The notes under the pieces were generated by a model. That model was not told where the DNA came from. It searched no databases and saw only the letters and a program-made list of their open reading frames with translations. Positions 1-10,231 of a stretch of 64,000 bases of DNA are shown here, piece after piece; the first letter of the stretch is position 1, and each line of letters starts with the position of its first letter. Made by a program: the position numbers and the translations under genes. The stretch covers positions 64,001-128,000 of the forward strand of contig JBMNLZ010000001.1 in NCBI GenBank assembly GCA_050953065.1. The letters run 5' to 3'. This DNA is from Bacilli bacterium. GTDB lineage: Bacteria; Bacillota_I; Bacilli_A; ML615J-28; CAG-698.

Positions 1-900
1 TTTGTGGGATTTCCTTATCCAAGCAAATATTTGAATAATTCAGATTTAAAATATGGTAGATTGCCAGAAACTTATGATGAAATAGTAATTGAAGCATATT
101 TATATAGCAGTTATAGCTATGCTGAACAGTTAAACAAAACAGTTAAATTAAATATTCATATCGGTAATTTGATTGAAGAAGTAGACGTAAAAATTGTAGG
201 CTTTATTAAAAGTGCTTCATATTTTGATACATTTTATATTTCAGATGATTTATTAAATTTTCTTGATTTAAAACAAAGAAATGCATTTACAAGTACATCT
301 TCACAAGGTGATCTTCAACCATTAAGTTATTTTGAGGTTACACCACTTGATGAAACGCCAGAAATTGAATTGCATTATCAATATACTTTAGAAACAAACT
401 TTGAAGATGCAAGTACAGTTATTAATACTTTACTTAAAAATGGGTATTATGCTTTTTCTCCACACATAAATTTTGCTGATTCCTTTGATTTTTTAGGTAT
501 ATTTGAAAAGTTTTTCCTTGCTTTAACATCCATTATTAATATGATTATAATTTATTTTGTTGGATATTTAATTTTTAGATATATTTTATTATTTAAGAAA
601 AAAGACTATGCAATTCTAAAGTCAATTGGAATTGAACAAAAAAGTATTAAAACGATGAATTTTGTTGAATTATATGTTTCGTTTTTAATAGCATTTGCTA
701 TTTTAATACCATTATATTTTATTATATTAAACTTAAAAACAAAATATGATATTGGTATTTTTAGTTTTATTGGTTATTATAAATGGTATCATTTTATTTT
801 TTTATTAATGATAAATACTTTATTATGCATTCTATTGGTTAGACGATATAATAAATCGTTGGTTAAAAACTCTATTTTAAGTAATTTGAGGGTTGAATAA
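1..900 (+). CDS. ABC transporter permease, FtsX/MacB-type C-terminal part (5'-truncated by window edge)
   Basis: Open frame from the window start; three C-terminal TM segments; 'KKDYAILKSIG' FtsX-like motif. Confidence 0.8.
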   Translation, partial: FVGFPYPSKYLNNSDLKYGRLPETYDEIVIEAYLYSSYSYAEQLNKTVKLNIHIGNLIEEVDVKIVGFIKSASYFDTFYISDDLLNFLDLKQRNAFTSTSSQGDLQPLSYFEVTPLDETPEIELHYQYTLETNFEDASTVINTLLKNGYYAFSPHINFADSFDFLGIFEKFFLALTSIINMIIIYFVGYLIFRYILLFKKKDYAILKSIGIEQKSIKTMNFVELYVSFLIAFAILIPLYFIILNLKTKYDIGIFSFIGYYKWYHFIFLLMINTLLCILLVRRYNKSLVKNSILSNLRVE

Positions 901-901
901 T

Positions 902-3346
902 ATGATTAAGACAATTAATTTAAATAAAATTTACAATTCAGGTAAACCAAATCAAATACATGCTATTAACAATATTAGTATAGATTTTCCAAAAACTGGA
1001 TTTGTTAGTTTGTTAGGTCCTTCAGGATGTGGGAAAACTACCTTGTTGAATGCGATAAGTGGTTTAGATAAAGTAAAAAGCGGAACAATTATAGTAGATA
1101 ATCAAGAAATAAGAAAATATAATTTTAATAAATGGGATGATATTAGAACTAAAAAGATAGGTTATATTTTCCAAAACTATTTATTATTGCCAGATTTAAG
1201 TGTTTATCAAAATCTAGAGTTAGTTTTAAAAATGTTGAATGTTCCTAACGATAAGATTGAGGAAAGAATAGAGTATGCTTTAAAAGCAGTTAAAATGGAA
1301 CGTTTTAGAAAAAGAAAAGCTTCTCAACTTTCTGGAGGACAAATGCAAAGAGTCGCAATTGCTAGAGCGCTTGTTAAAAGTCCTAGGGTAATTATTGCTG
1401 ATGAACCAACAGGAAACCTAGATGAAACAAATACAACTCAAATAATGAATATTTTACGTAAAATTTCTAGAGAATGTTTAGTAATTTTAGTTACACATGA
1501 GCCAAGATTAGCTAATTTTTATTCGGATAGGATAATTAAATTAGCTGATGGTAAAGTGATTGAAGATTTTGAAAATAAAAACTCAAATAGTTTTGAATTT
1601 TCAGAGGATAGAAATATTTATTTGAAGGAGTATAAAAAAGAAGAAGTAAACGAAGAAAATATAAGTATAGAATACTTCTATAAAAATAAGCCTAAAGATA
1701 CAAATATAAAAATTATTTATGAAAATGACACAATTTATATAAGTGCAGATAGTGATAAAGCAAAAATTAAATTTATTGATGCTGGTAATGAAATTAAAAT
1801 TATAGATACAAAAAAACCAAATGTTAAAATTGAAGATTTTGATGAATTGGATTATCATTTAGAAAAACTTCCTGAAAATGGTGTTAAATCAGCAATTAAA
1901 TTTAAAGAAGCATTTAAAATGGGAATCAATCATTTACTCTCTTTTACTAAAAAACAAAAATTATTTTTATTTGCTTTTGCATTTATAGCTATATTTATCG
2001 TAATTTCAGCTGTTCAATTTTCATCTTTTTATATAGTTGATGAGTCAAGCTACATACATAATGATAAAAACATTGTTTTAATTGATCATAAAAATGAAAA
2101 TGTTAATTATCAAAAACTCATGTTGTTAAAAGAAGAGATTGAAATCGCTGGATATATTGGTGAAGAGTGTACTCCTTATAACTGCTTTTATGGGATAAAA
2201 ACTGATTTCTTCTATCAAACTAAAGAAAATTTTTCCACTTTTAGCGCTGGTAATATAGCTTTGTTAGAAAACTTGAAATCTAATAAAATTATATATGGTT
2301 CTCTACCTACTGATTATAAAGGGATTGTGATTGATAAAAAATTATTAGATGTCATGATGAAAGATGATCTTACATATACAGGTTTGGTTAATTATGAAGA
2401 TTTAATAGGTCAAAGAATTAATTTTAGTTCTTTTGCAGAGATATTTTATAATATTTATGATGAAAATTTTGAACAATTCCCTATTGTGATTGCTGCTATT
2501 TCAGATACGAATAGGCCTTTACTTTATTTAGATAAAGAACTATTGTATACAGTTGAACTATTTGCAAACAAACAAATCTATTTAACTAGTAACACTATTA
2601 GATTACCAGAAATAGCTTTAGAAGATAATGAAATCTATTTAACTGATTCATTTACTTTAACATATCCAATTGGTTCTAATTATATTTTAGAAGAAAAATC
2701 ATTTGTAGTAAAAGGACATTTTAGCCCTAATTCAACGACTGAATTGTGTTCGTATGTTGTTAATGATAAAGTCTTAGAAGAAATATATATAAACTATTTG
2801 TTAAATAATGTGTCTAATAGATATTATAGAGGTATAACTTTTTATACAGAAAATTTAAATGTAGCAAAACAAAAATTAACTGAAGAAGAAATTGCTTTTA
2901 CGATGCCTTATGAAAAAGATATTAAAAGTTTTAATGAATCAAGGGCGATATCAGTGATGTCAGCATTAATTACTTTAATTATAATGTTGGTTATTTCAAG
3001 TCTTCTTTTATATTTTTTAATGCGTTCAAGTCTAATGCTAAGAATTAATCAAGTAGGTATATATAGAGCAATAGGGGCTAAAAGAAGAGATATGTATAAA
3101 ATTTTCTTTTCAGAGATTGTATTAATTACCTCTTGTAGTTCATTAATAGGATTTTTAATTATTTCTTACATAATTCAAAGTTTAAGTAAGAATGTCTTAT
3201 TTAGTGAAAGTATTAATTATCCTTGGTATGTTGCTTTACTAACAATTATTTTTATTTATTTAGTAAATTCATTGATGGGATTACTACCTATATATAGGTT
3301 AATGAGATTAACACCAACTCAAATAGTTACTAAATATGATATATAA
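902..3346 (+). CDS. Fused ABC ATPase/permease (MacB-like)
   Basis: GPSGCGKT, LSGGQMQR, ADEPTGNLD; C-terminal FtsX permease 'GIYRAIGA'; ATG 902 chosen for spacing to SD GAGGG. Confidence 0.9.
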   Translation: MIKTINLNKIYNSGKPNQIHAINNISIDFPKTGFVSLLGPSGCGKTTLLNAISGLDKVKSGTIIVDNQEIRKYNFNKWDDIRTKKIGYIFQNYLLLPDLSVYQNLELVLKMLNVPNDKIEERIEYALKAVKMERFRKRKASQLSGGQMQRVAIARALVKSPRVIIADEPTGNLDETNTTQIMNILRKISRECLVILVTHEPRLANFYSDRIIKLADGKVIEDFENKNSNSFEFSEDRNIYLKEYKKEEVNEENISIEYFYKNKPKDTNIKIIYENDTIYISADSDKAKIKFIDAGNEIKIIDTKKPNVKIEDFDELDYHLEKLPENGVKSAIKFKEAFKMGINHLLSFTKKQKLFLFAFAFIAIFIVISAVQFSSFYIVDESSYIHNDKNIVLIDHKNENVNYQKLMLLKEEIEIAGYIGEECTPYNCFYGIKTDFFYQTKENFSTFSAGNIALLENLKSNKIIYGSLPTDYKGIVIDKKLLDVMMKDDLTYTGLVNYEDLIGQRINFSSFAEIFYNIYDENFEQFPIVIAAISDTNRPLLYLDKELLYTVELFANKQIYLTSNTIRLPEIALEDNEIYLTDSFTLTYPIGSNYILEEKSFVVKGHFSPNSTTELCSYVVNDKVLEEIYINYLLNNVSNRYYRGITFYTENLNVAKQKLTEEEIAFTMPYEKDIKSFNESRAISVMSALITLIIMLVISSLLLYFLMRSSLMLRINQVGIYRAIGAKRRDMYKIFFSEIVLITSCSSLIGFLIISYIIQSLSKNVLFSESINYPWYVALLTIIFIYLVNSLMGLLPIYRLMRLTPTQIVTKYDI

Positions 3347-3366
3347 AATACTTTATTTTAAAATAC

Positions 3367-3400
3367 AAAAAGTTGAGTTTATAATGAAACTCAACTTTTT
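3367..3400 (+). terminator. Intrinsic terminator
   Basis: AAAAAGTTGAGTTT-6nt-AAACTCAACTTTTT perfect inverted repeat. Confidence 0.85.
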
Positions 3401-3440
3401 ATTATTGTAGTTTAGTTTATTTTTAAAAGTTTTATTTTTA

Positions 3441-3493
3441 TTGACTTGTACTAATGCTAATAGTATAATATCTAAAGTGCTTGATTATTAAGC
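3441..3493 (+). promoter_or_regulatory. SigA-type promoter with candidate MarR operator
   Basis: TTGACT(3441)-17nt-TATAAT(3464); imperfect palindrome GCTTGATTATTAAGC at 3479-3493, just downstream of the likely start site. Confidence 0.7.
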
Positions 3494-3514
3494 GTTTATC
3501 TAAGGGGGAAGAAA

Positions 3515-3994
3515 ATGATTGGAAAAATCAGTTTAACATTTGGTAAGGTTATTTTAACAAAAAAAATTATGATAAATAATATATTTAAAGAAACAAATGT
3601 TTATTATGGCCAACATTTAATTCTTGAAGTTTTGAGTAAAAATGATGGTATCACTCAAGTAGAAATTGCAAGTAAATTAGGTGTTACTGCAGCTAGTGTT
3701 GCATTATCAACAAAAAGAATGGAGAAGAACGGCTTATTATGTAAAAAGGTTGATGAAACAAATTTGCGTTGTAAAAAACTATATATTACAAAAAAAGGTT
3801 TAGATAGTCTAAAAAAGATCCACAAAGAAATAAAAAAATTTAATAATAAAATGTTTGAAGGCTTTACGGAAAAAGAAATTGAAAACCTAAGTTTTTATTT
3901 AGATAAAATAATGAGGAATGTTATAAATGATAAAGTTTTTGAAGATAGTATTGAAAATATTATAAAAACAATGGATATTGATTTGGAGAACTAA
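3515..3994 (+). CDS. MarR-family transcriptional regulator
   Basis: wHTH 'ITQVEIASKLGVTAASV...MEKNGLL..KVDETNLRCKKLYITKKG'. Confidence 0.9.
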   Translation: MIGKISLTFGKVILTKKIMINNIFKETNVYYGQHLILEVLSKNDGITQVEIASKLGVTAASVALSTKRMEKNGLLCKKVDETNLRCKKLYITKKGLDSLKKIHKEIKKFNNKMFEGFTEKEIENLSFYLDKIMRNVINDKVFEDSIENIIKTMDIDLEN

Positions 3995-3995
3995 T

Positions 3996-5732
3996 ATGTT
4001 TAAAGGTTTGTTATCAAATATAGGAAAATATAAAAAATATGCAATATTAACCCCAATAATGATGGTTTTTGAGGTTTTATTTGAAGTTGCGATACCTTTT
4101 GTTATGGCTTTAATAATTGATAAAGGAATTGCAATTGGAGTAGAACAAGGGAATATGAGTTATGTTATTGAAATGGGTGGATTATTAATATTGTTTGCAC
4201 TCATTGCTTTGTTATGTGGTTTTTTTGGAGGAAGATTTGGGGCTTTAGCTTCAACTGGTCTTGCGAAAGAACTAAGAAGAAAACTTTTTTATAAAATTCA
4301 AGATTTTTCTTTTTCAAATGTTGATAAATTTCAAACTTCATCTTTAATAACAAGAATGACGATTGATGTTAATATGGTTCAAAATGCATTTATGATGTCA
4401 CTTAGAATGTTAGTTAGAGCTCCTATTATGTTAACTTCAGCCACTATTATGGCTTTTATTATAAATGCTAGACTAGCTACTGTTTTTATAATTGTTATAC
4501 CATTTTTAGCGTTCTTTCTTTATTTGATATTTACTAAGGCGCATCCATATTTTAGAATAATGTTAAATAAATACGACACACTAAATAATTCCATTCAAGA
4601 AAATTTAATCGGTATAAGAGTAGTTAAATCTTTTGTTAGAGAAGATTATGAAATAGAAAAGTTTAAAAAGTCAGTTAAGGAATTAAAAGATACGTCTATG
4701 AGTGCTGAGAAGATTGTTATTCTTAGTTCTCCAGTTATGCAGTTTACAATGTATATAAGTATAATTGTTATTGCTTGGTTTGGAGCTAAACTAATAATTA
4801 CTAATTTAATGCAAACTGGTGAATTAATGAGCTTTATTACATATATAACATTAGTATTGATGAGTTTAATGATGCTATCTATGACATTTATTCAAATTAT
4901 AATTTCTAGAGCAGCTTCTAGTAGAATAGTTGAGGTGCTACAAGAAGAAGTAGAAATTAAAGATGGTGAAGATGTTGATTTAAGGGTTAAAGATGGTTCG
5001 ATAGAATATAGAGATGTTTGTTTTTCATATGTAAAAAACAGCGAAAATTATGTTTTAAAGAATATTAATTTAAAAATTAAATCAGGTGAAGTAATTGGTA
5101 TATTGGGTGGTACAGGTTCTGCAAAAACGACCCTAGTTCAATTAATTCCTAGACTTTATGATGTTTCTAAAGGTGAATTAATAGTAGGAAAAATGAATGT
5201 TAAAAACTATTCTTTAAGGAACTTAAGAAAAGATGTTGGAATAGTACTTCAAAAGAATGTTTTATTTAGTGGTACAATAAAGGAAAATTTATTATGGGGA
5301 AATGTAAATGCAACTAATGAAGAAATAGAAGAGGTGTGTAAAGTAGTTCAAGCCCATGATTTTATTATGAGTTTTCCAGAAGGTTATGATATGTTTTTAG
5401 AGCAGGGTGGTACAAATTTATCTGGTGGACAAAAACAAAGACTTTGTATTGCTAGAGCATTAATTGCAAATCCAAAAATTTTAATTTTAGATGATGCAAC
5501 AAGTGCAATTGATACAAATACCGAAGCAAAAATTAGAGTAGCGTTAAAAGAAAAATTAAAAGATACGACGGTAATTATTATAGCTCAAAGGGTTAACTCA
5601 GTAGATGGAGCTGATAAAGTTCTTATTTTAGATGAAGGAGAGATTGATGCTTTTGATACTCCTAAAAACTTATTAGCAAATAATAAAATATATCAGGATT
5701 TATATTTTTCTCAATTAAAGGGGGGTGAATAA
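3996..5732 (+). CDS. Heterodimeric multidrug-type ABC exporter, subunit 1 (degenerate ATP site)
   Basis: TMD plus NBD; GGTGSAKT, LSGGQKQR, Walker B 'LILDD', Q in the H-switch position. Confidence 0.9.
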   Translation: MFKGLLSNIGKYKKYAILTPIMMVFEVLFEVAIPFVMALIIDKGIAIGVEQGNMSYVIEMGGLLILFALIALLCGFFGGRFGALASTGLAKELRRKLFYKIQDFSFSNVDKFQTSSLITRMTIDVNMVQNAFMMSLRMLVRAPIMLTSATIMAFIINARLATVFIIVIPFLAFFLYLIFTKAHPYFRIMLNKYDTLNNSIQENLIGIRVVKSFVREDYEIEKFKKSVKELKDTSMSAEKIVILSSPVMQFTMYISIIVIAWFGAKLIITNLMQTGELMSFITYITLVLMSLMMLSMTFIQIIISRAASSRIVEVLQEEVEIKDGEDVDLRVKDGSIEYRDVCFSYVKNSENYVLKNINLKIKSGEVIGILGGTGSAKTTLVQLIPRLYDVSKGELIVGKMNVKNYSLRNLRKDVGIVLQKNVLFSGTIKENLLWGNVNATNEEIEEVCKVVQAHDFIMSFPEGYDMFLEQGGTNLSGGQKQRLCIARALIANPKILILDDATSAIDTNTEAKIRVALKEKLKDTTVIIIAQRVNSVDGADKVLILDEGEIDAFDTPKNLLANNKIYQDLYFSQLKGGE

Positions 5733-5733
5733 A

Positions 5734-7626
5734 ATGTCTAGAGTAGCAAGAATGTCAAAAATGCGAAAACCCAAAAATGCGAGAAAGACTTTAAGGAGAT
5801 TAATTACATATATTGGTAAACCTTATAAATATCAATTTGGAATATTATTTATTGCTGTAATCATTTCATCTTTACCAACAATTGCAGGAGCATATCTTCT
5901 AAAGAATTTGGTGAATGTGCATATTGCTGAACTAATAGGACAAACTAATCCAAATTTTACTAATGTTATCAATTTTATAGGTGTTATTTTTATTGTTTAT
6001 ATGTTAGGTGTTTTATCTACGTATATATTTAACAGAGTAGGTATTATTTTAACTAATAATGTATTAGAAAAAATTAGAAACGATCTTTTTTCTCATATGC
6101 AAAAATTACCTATTAAATATTTTGATTCTAAAACACATGGCGAATTAATGAGTAGATATACCAATGATGTTGATGCAATAAGACAATTATTGAGTCAAAG
6201 CTTACCAACTTTCATTACGGCACTTTTCACAATTATTGGTGTTTTTATCTATATGTGTATTATAAGTATTATATTAACTGTTTTTACAATTGTAATGTTT
6301 ACAATTATGCTTTTATCTCTTAAAGCTATTACTAAAAGAAGCTCTAAATATTTTATAAAACAACAAAAAGAACTTGGAAATGTTAATAGTTATATTGAAG
6401 AAATGATTGAAGGTCAAAAGGTCGTTAAAATATTTAACTATGAACCACAATCAAAAGCTAAGTTTGATGAAATAAACGAAAGTCTTTTTAAATCAAGTTC
6501 TAATGCAAATACATTTGGAAGTGTTTTATTTCCAGTTATGGGTAATTTAGGTTATGCACATTATGCATTAACTGCAGTTATGGGGGCTTTGTTTTTCATT
6601 AAAGGAATTGGTGGCCTTTTGGTGGGTGATATTATTGCTTTTCTTTATCTAACAAGAAATTTTTCGCAGCCAATAAGTCAAATTGCAATACAATTTAACT
6701 TTATTTTAACAGCATTAGCAGGTGCTGAAAGAATTTTTGAGGTTTTTGATGAAATTGAGGAAATAGATAATGGAAAAATTATTTTAGTTAATGGAATTTA
6801 TGAAAAAGATAAGTTTATAGAAAAAGATGAGTGTACAGGAATTTGGGCTTGGAAAAAAACTATATCTAATAATGAGTTTGAATATGTTAGATTAAAAGGG
6901 GATGTTCGTTTCCATAATGTAGTATTTGGATATCTTGAAGATCAAAAGGTTTTAAACAATGTTTCACTTTTTGCAAAACCAGGTCAAAAAATTGCTTTTG
7001 TAGGTTCAACTGGTGCTGGTAAAACTACAATAATAAATCTTATTAATAGATTTTATGAAATTCAAAGTGGTGATATTACATATGATGGTATAAATATTAG
7101 AGATATTAAGAAGGCTGATTTAAGAAAATCTCTTGCAATGGTATTACAAGATACACATTTATTTAGTGGAACTATTATGGAAAATATTAGATATGGTAAC
7201 TTGTTAGCAACTGATGAGGAAGTGATTAATGCTGCAAAACTTGCTAATGCTGATTTTTTTATTTCACATCTTCCAAATGGTTATGATACTGTTATTACAG
7301 CTGATGGAATGAATTTATCTCAAGGTCAAAGACAATTACTTAATATAGCAAGAGCAGCCGTTTCTAATCCACCAGTTTTAGTATTAGATGAGGCTACATC
7401 ATCTATAGATACTAGAACTGAGATGTTAATTGAAAAAGGTATGGATGAGCTTATGAAAAATAGGACAGTTTTTGTGATAGCACATAGACTTTCTACTGTA
7501 AGAAATGCAAAAGCTATATTAGTATTAGAAAATGGTGTTATAATTGAAAGAGGGAATCATGAAGATTTATTAAAACAAAAAGGTAAATATTATCAATTAT
7601 ATACAGGTGTTTTTGAATTAAACTAA
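5734..7626 (+). CDS. Heterodimeric multidrug-type ABC exporter, subunit 2
   Basis: GSTGAGKT, LSQGQRQ, LVLDEATS, IAHRL. Confidence 0.9.
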   Translation: MSRVARMSKMRKPKNARKTLRRLITYIGKPYKYQFGILFIAVIISSLPTIAGAYLLKNLVNVHIAELIGQTNPNFTNVINFIGVIFIVYMLGVLSTYIFNRVGIILTNNVLEKIRNDLFSHMQKLPIKYFDSKTHGELMSRYTNDVDAIRQLLSQSLPTFITALFTIIGVFIYMCIISIILTVFTIVMFTIMLLSLKAITKRSSKYFIKQQKELGNVNSYIEEMIEGQKVVKIFNYEPQSKAKFDEINESLFKSSSNANTFGSVLFPVMGNLGYAHYALTAVMGALFFIKGIGGLLVGDIIAFLYLTRNFSQPISQIAIQFNFILTALAGAERIFEVFDEIEEIDNGKIILVNGIYEKDKFIEKDECTGIWAWKKTISNNEFEYVRLKGDVRFHNVVFGYLEDQKVLNNVSLFAKPGQKIAFVGSTGAGKTTIINLINRFYEIQSGDITYDGINIRDIKKADLRKSLAMVLQDTHLFSGTIMENIRYGNLLATDEEVINAAKLANADFFISHLPNGYDTVITADGMNLSQGQRQLLNIARAAVSNPPVLVLDEATSSIDTRTEMLIEKGMDELMKNRTVFVIAHRLSTVRNAKAILVLENGVIIERGNHEDLLKQKGKYYQLYTGVFELN

Positions 7627-7641
7627 GAAAGGAAAAAATAT

Positions 7642-10182
7642 ATGCTTCAATGTAAAAATATAATTAAAAATTATTATGTTTCTGATATGGTAATAGGTGC
7701 ATTAAAAGGAATTGATTTAAGTTTTAGAAAAAACGAATTTGTATCAATCCTTGGTCCATCAGGATGTGGTAAAACTACATTGCTTAATATTATAGGCGGA
7801 CTTGATAGGTATACATCAGGAGATTTAGTAATTAAAGGTCGTTCAACAAAATCATATAAAGATCATGATTGGGATAGTTATAGAAATCATTCAATAGGAT
7901 TCGTCTTTCAAAGTTACAATTTAATTCAACATCAAACAATTTTAGAGAATGTCGAATTAGCGTTAACGCTATCGGGAATTTCAAAATCAGAAAGAGTTAG
8001 AAGAGCAAAAGAAGCTCTATCTCAAGTAGGTTTAGATGATCAAATTAAAAAAAGGCCGAATCAATTAAGTGGTGGACAAATGCAGCGAGTTGCTATTGCT
8101 AGAGCTTTAGTAAATCATCCAGATATTTTATTAGCAGATGAACCTACTGGAGCACTAGATTCTGACACTAGCACTCAAATCATGGATATTTTAAAAGAAA
8201 TTGCTAAAACAAAATTGGTTATTATGGTAACGCACAATTCGGAAATTGCAAATAAATATTCTAATAGAATAATTAAACTGTTAGATGGTAAAGTTATTGA
8301 TGATTCAAACCCTCACGTAATTGAAGAAGTAAAAGAAGAGATACCAAGAGAATCAAAAAAAGTTAAATCAAAATTAAAACAAAAAACTTCAATGTCTTTT
8401 ATAAATGCATTGTTTTTAAGTTATAGAAATCTAACTACTAAAAAAACTAGAACTTTTTTAACAGCTTTTGCTGGTTCTATAGGGATTATTGGTATAGCGT
8501 TAGTTCTATCATTATCAACAGGATTTCAGCGTTATGTAGATAAAATGCAAGCAGATACATTGTCAAGTTATCCTTTAATAATAGATTCCTCAACAATTGA
8601 TTATAATTCTTTTGCTCAAATGAATCGACCACCTCAAATGAAAGAATATCCTGATGCTAATCATATATATGTCAATACTGTAATGGAACAATTAACTAGT
8701 TTAAGAATTGAAAATAAGATAACTGATGAGTATGTAACTAATGCTATAGATACAATTGATTCAACTTTATATTATGATATTAAAATTAAAAACGATGTTA
8801 AGGTTAACATCTTTAAAGAAAATGAAGGAAATAAATATTTTAAAATACCTGCATCTTTTAAAATAGGCATGTATGAAATGAAAATATGGCAAGAACTCTT
8901 AGAAAATGAAGATTTTATTAGATCTCAATATGATATGATTGCTGGAGTTTGGCCAACTGAAAAAAATCAAATTGTTTTAGTAGTTGATAAATATAACCAA
9001 TTAAGTGATTTAATATTAATGGGATTAGGTATAACTAATTATGAGGATTTAGATTCTGAACCTAACGATGATAAAATTTCTATATCATATGATACATTAA
9101 TAGGAATGAAATATAAATTGTTATATAATAATGATTTATATATCTATGATGAGATAAATAGTAAATTTGTTAATAATTTTAACAAATATCCGGTTCAAGG
9201 TGTAGAAATAGGCTATTTTAGTAATAGCATAGTAGACTCAGGTGTTGATTTAGAAATATGTGCTATTTTAAGACCGAATGAGGAAACTGCGATTGGTTCT
9301 ATAACTGGGGCAATAGGTTATTCTAATGAGTTATCAGATGAGATATTAAGTCGTTCTTTAGGAGGAAATGGATTTGAACCATCTAGTCTTGCAACATGGT
9401 ATTATGAAAAGTTAGAAGCAGAAGACTATGTAAATCCATTTACAGGTGAAGTATATATTGATGTTCCTAATGGTGAAACTGCTCTTGAACAATTTAAGTT
9501 CGAAATGACTGCATTATTGGGCTCTTATGATATAACTGAAATTGAAATTTATCCTATAGATTTTAAATCTAAAGATATGATTAAAAAACATCTAGATGAT
9601 TACAATGATAAAGTAATTGCTGAGGCTTTAGATCAATATTATATAGATAATGGAATTAATAAAGAAGAAGCAACTGAAGAACAAATTGAGGCAGCCAAAC
9701 TTTATGCAAAATCAGCTGGAGTATATTATACTGATGTAATGGAATTAGTGGTATCTTCAATTAATACAGTAATTTCAGCTATTAAATATGTTTTAATCGC
9801 ATTTACATCTATTTCTTTGGTGGTATCTTCTATAATGATAGGTATAATTACATATGTTTCTGTTTTAGAAAGAACTAAAGAAATAGGAATTTTAAGAAGT
9901 ATTGGTGCTAGAAAGAAAGATATTTCAAGGGTATTCAACGCTGAAACATTAATTATCGGAGGCTTTGCGGGCTTTTTAGGAGTAACAGTGACCATATTAT
10001 TGAATATTCCAATAAATATAATCTTAGCAAATCTAGTAGATATTAATAATATTGCTAAATTGTTACCAACTCATGCACTTACATTAATTCTTATTAGTAT
10101 GACTTTAACATTAATTGCTGGAATTATTCCATCAAGAATTGCTGCTAAGAAAGATCCAGTGGAAGCTTTAAGAACTGAATAG
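7642..10182 (+). CDS. Fused ABC ATPase/permease (MacB-like)
   Basis: GPSGCGKT, LSGGQMQR, 'ERTKEIGILRSIGA', C-terminal 'DPVEALRTE'. Confidence 0.9.
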   Translation: MLQCKNIIKNYYVSDMVIGALKGIDLSFRKNEFVSILGPSGCGKTTLLNIIGGLDRYTSGDLVIKGRSTKSYKDHDWDSYRNHSIGFVFQSYNLIQHQTILENVELALTLSGISKSERVRRAKEALSQVGLDDQIKKRPNQLSGGQMQRVAIARALVNHPDILLADEPTGALDSDTSTQIMDILKEIAKTKLVIMVTHNSEIANKYSNRIIKLLDGKVIDDSNPHVIEEVKEEIPRESKKVKSKLKQKTSMSFINALFLSYRNLTTKKTRTFLTAFAGSIGIIGIALVLSLSTGFQRYVDKMQADTLSSYPLIIDSSTIDYNSFAQMNRPPQMKEYPDANHIYVNTVMEQLTSLRIENKITDEYVTNAIDTIDSTLYYDIKIKNDVKVNIFKENEGNKYFKIPASFKIGMYEMKIWQELLENEDFIRSQYDMIAGVWPTEKNQIVLVVDKYNQLSDLILMGLGITNYEDLDSEPNDDKISISYDTLIGMKYKLLYNNDLYIYDEINSKFVNNFNKYPVQGVEIGYFSNSIVDSGVDLEICAILRPNEETAIGSITGAIGYSNELSDEILSRSLGGNGFEPSSLATWYYEKLEAEDYVNPFTGEVYIDVPNGETALEQFKFEMTALLGSYDITEIEIYPIDFKSKDMIKKHLDDYNDKVIAEALDQYYIDNGINKEEATEEQIEAAKLYAKSAGVYYTDVMELVVSSINTVISAIKYVLIAFTSISLVVSSIMIGIITYVSVLERTKEIGILRSIGARKKDISRVFNAETLIIGGFAGFLGVTVTILLNIPINIILANLVDINNIAKLLPTHALTLILISMTLTLIAGIIPSRIAAKKDPVEALRTE

Positions 10183-10188
10183 TTTTAA

Positions 10189-10231
10189 AAAAAATATGAT
10201 TTTATGGTAAATCCATAAAATCATATTTTTT
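10189..10231. terminator. Bidirectional terminator between convergent genes
   Basis: 19-bp perfect inverted repeat AAAAAATATGATTTTATGG / CCATAAAATCATATTTTTT. Confidence 0.85.
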
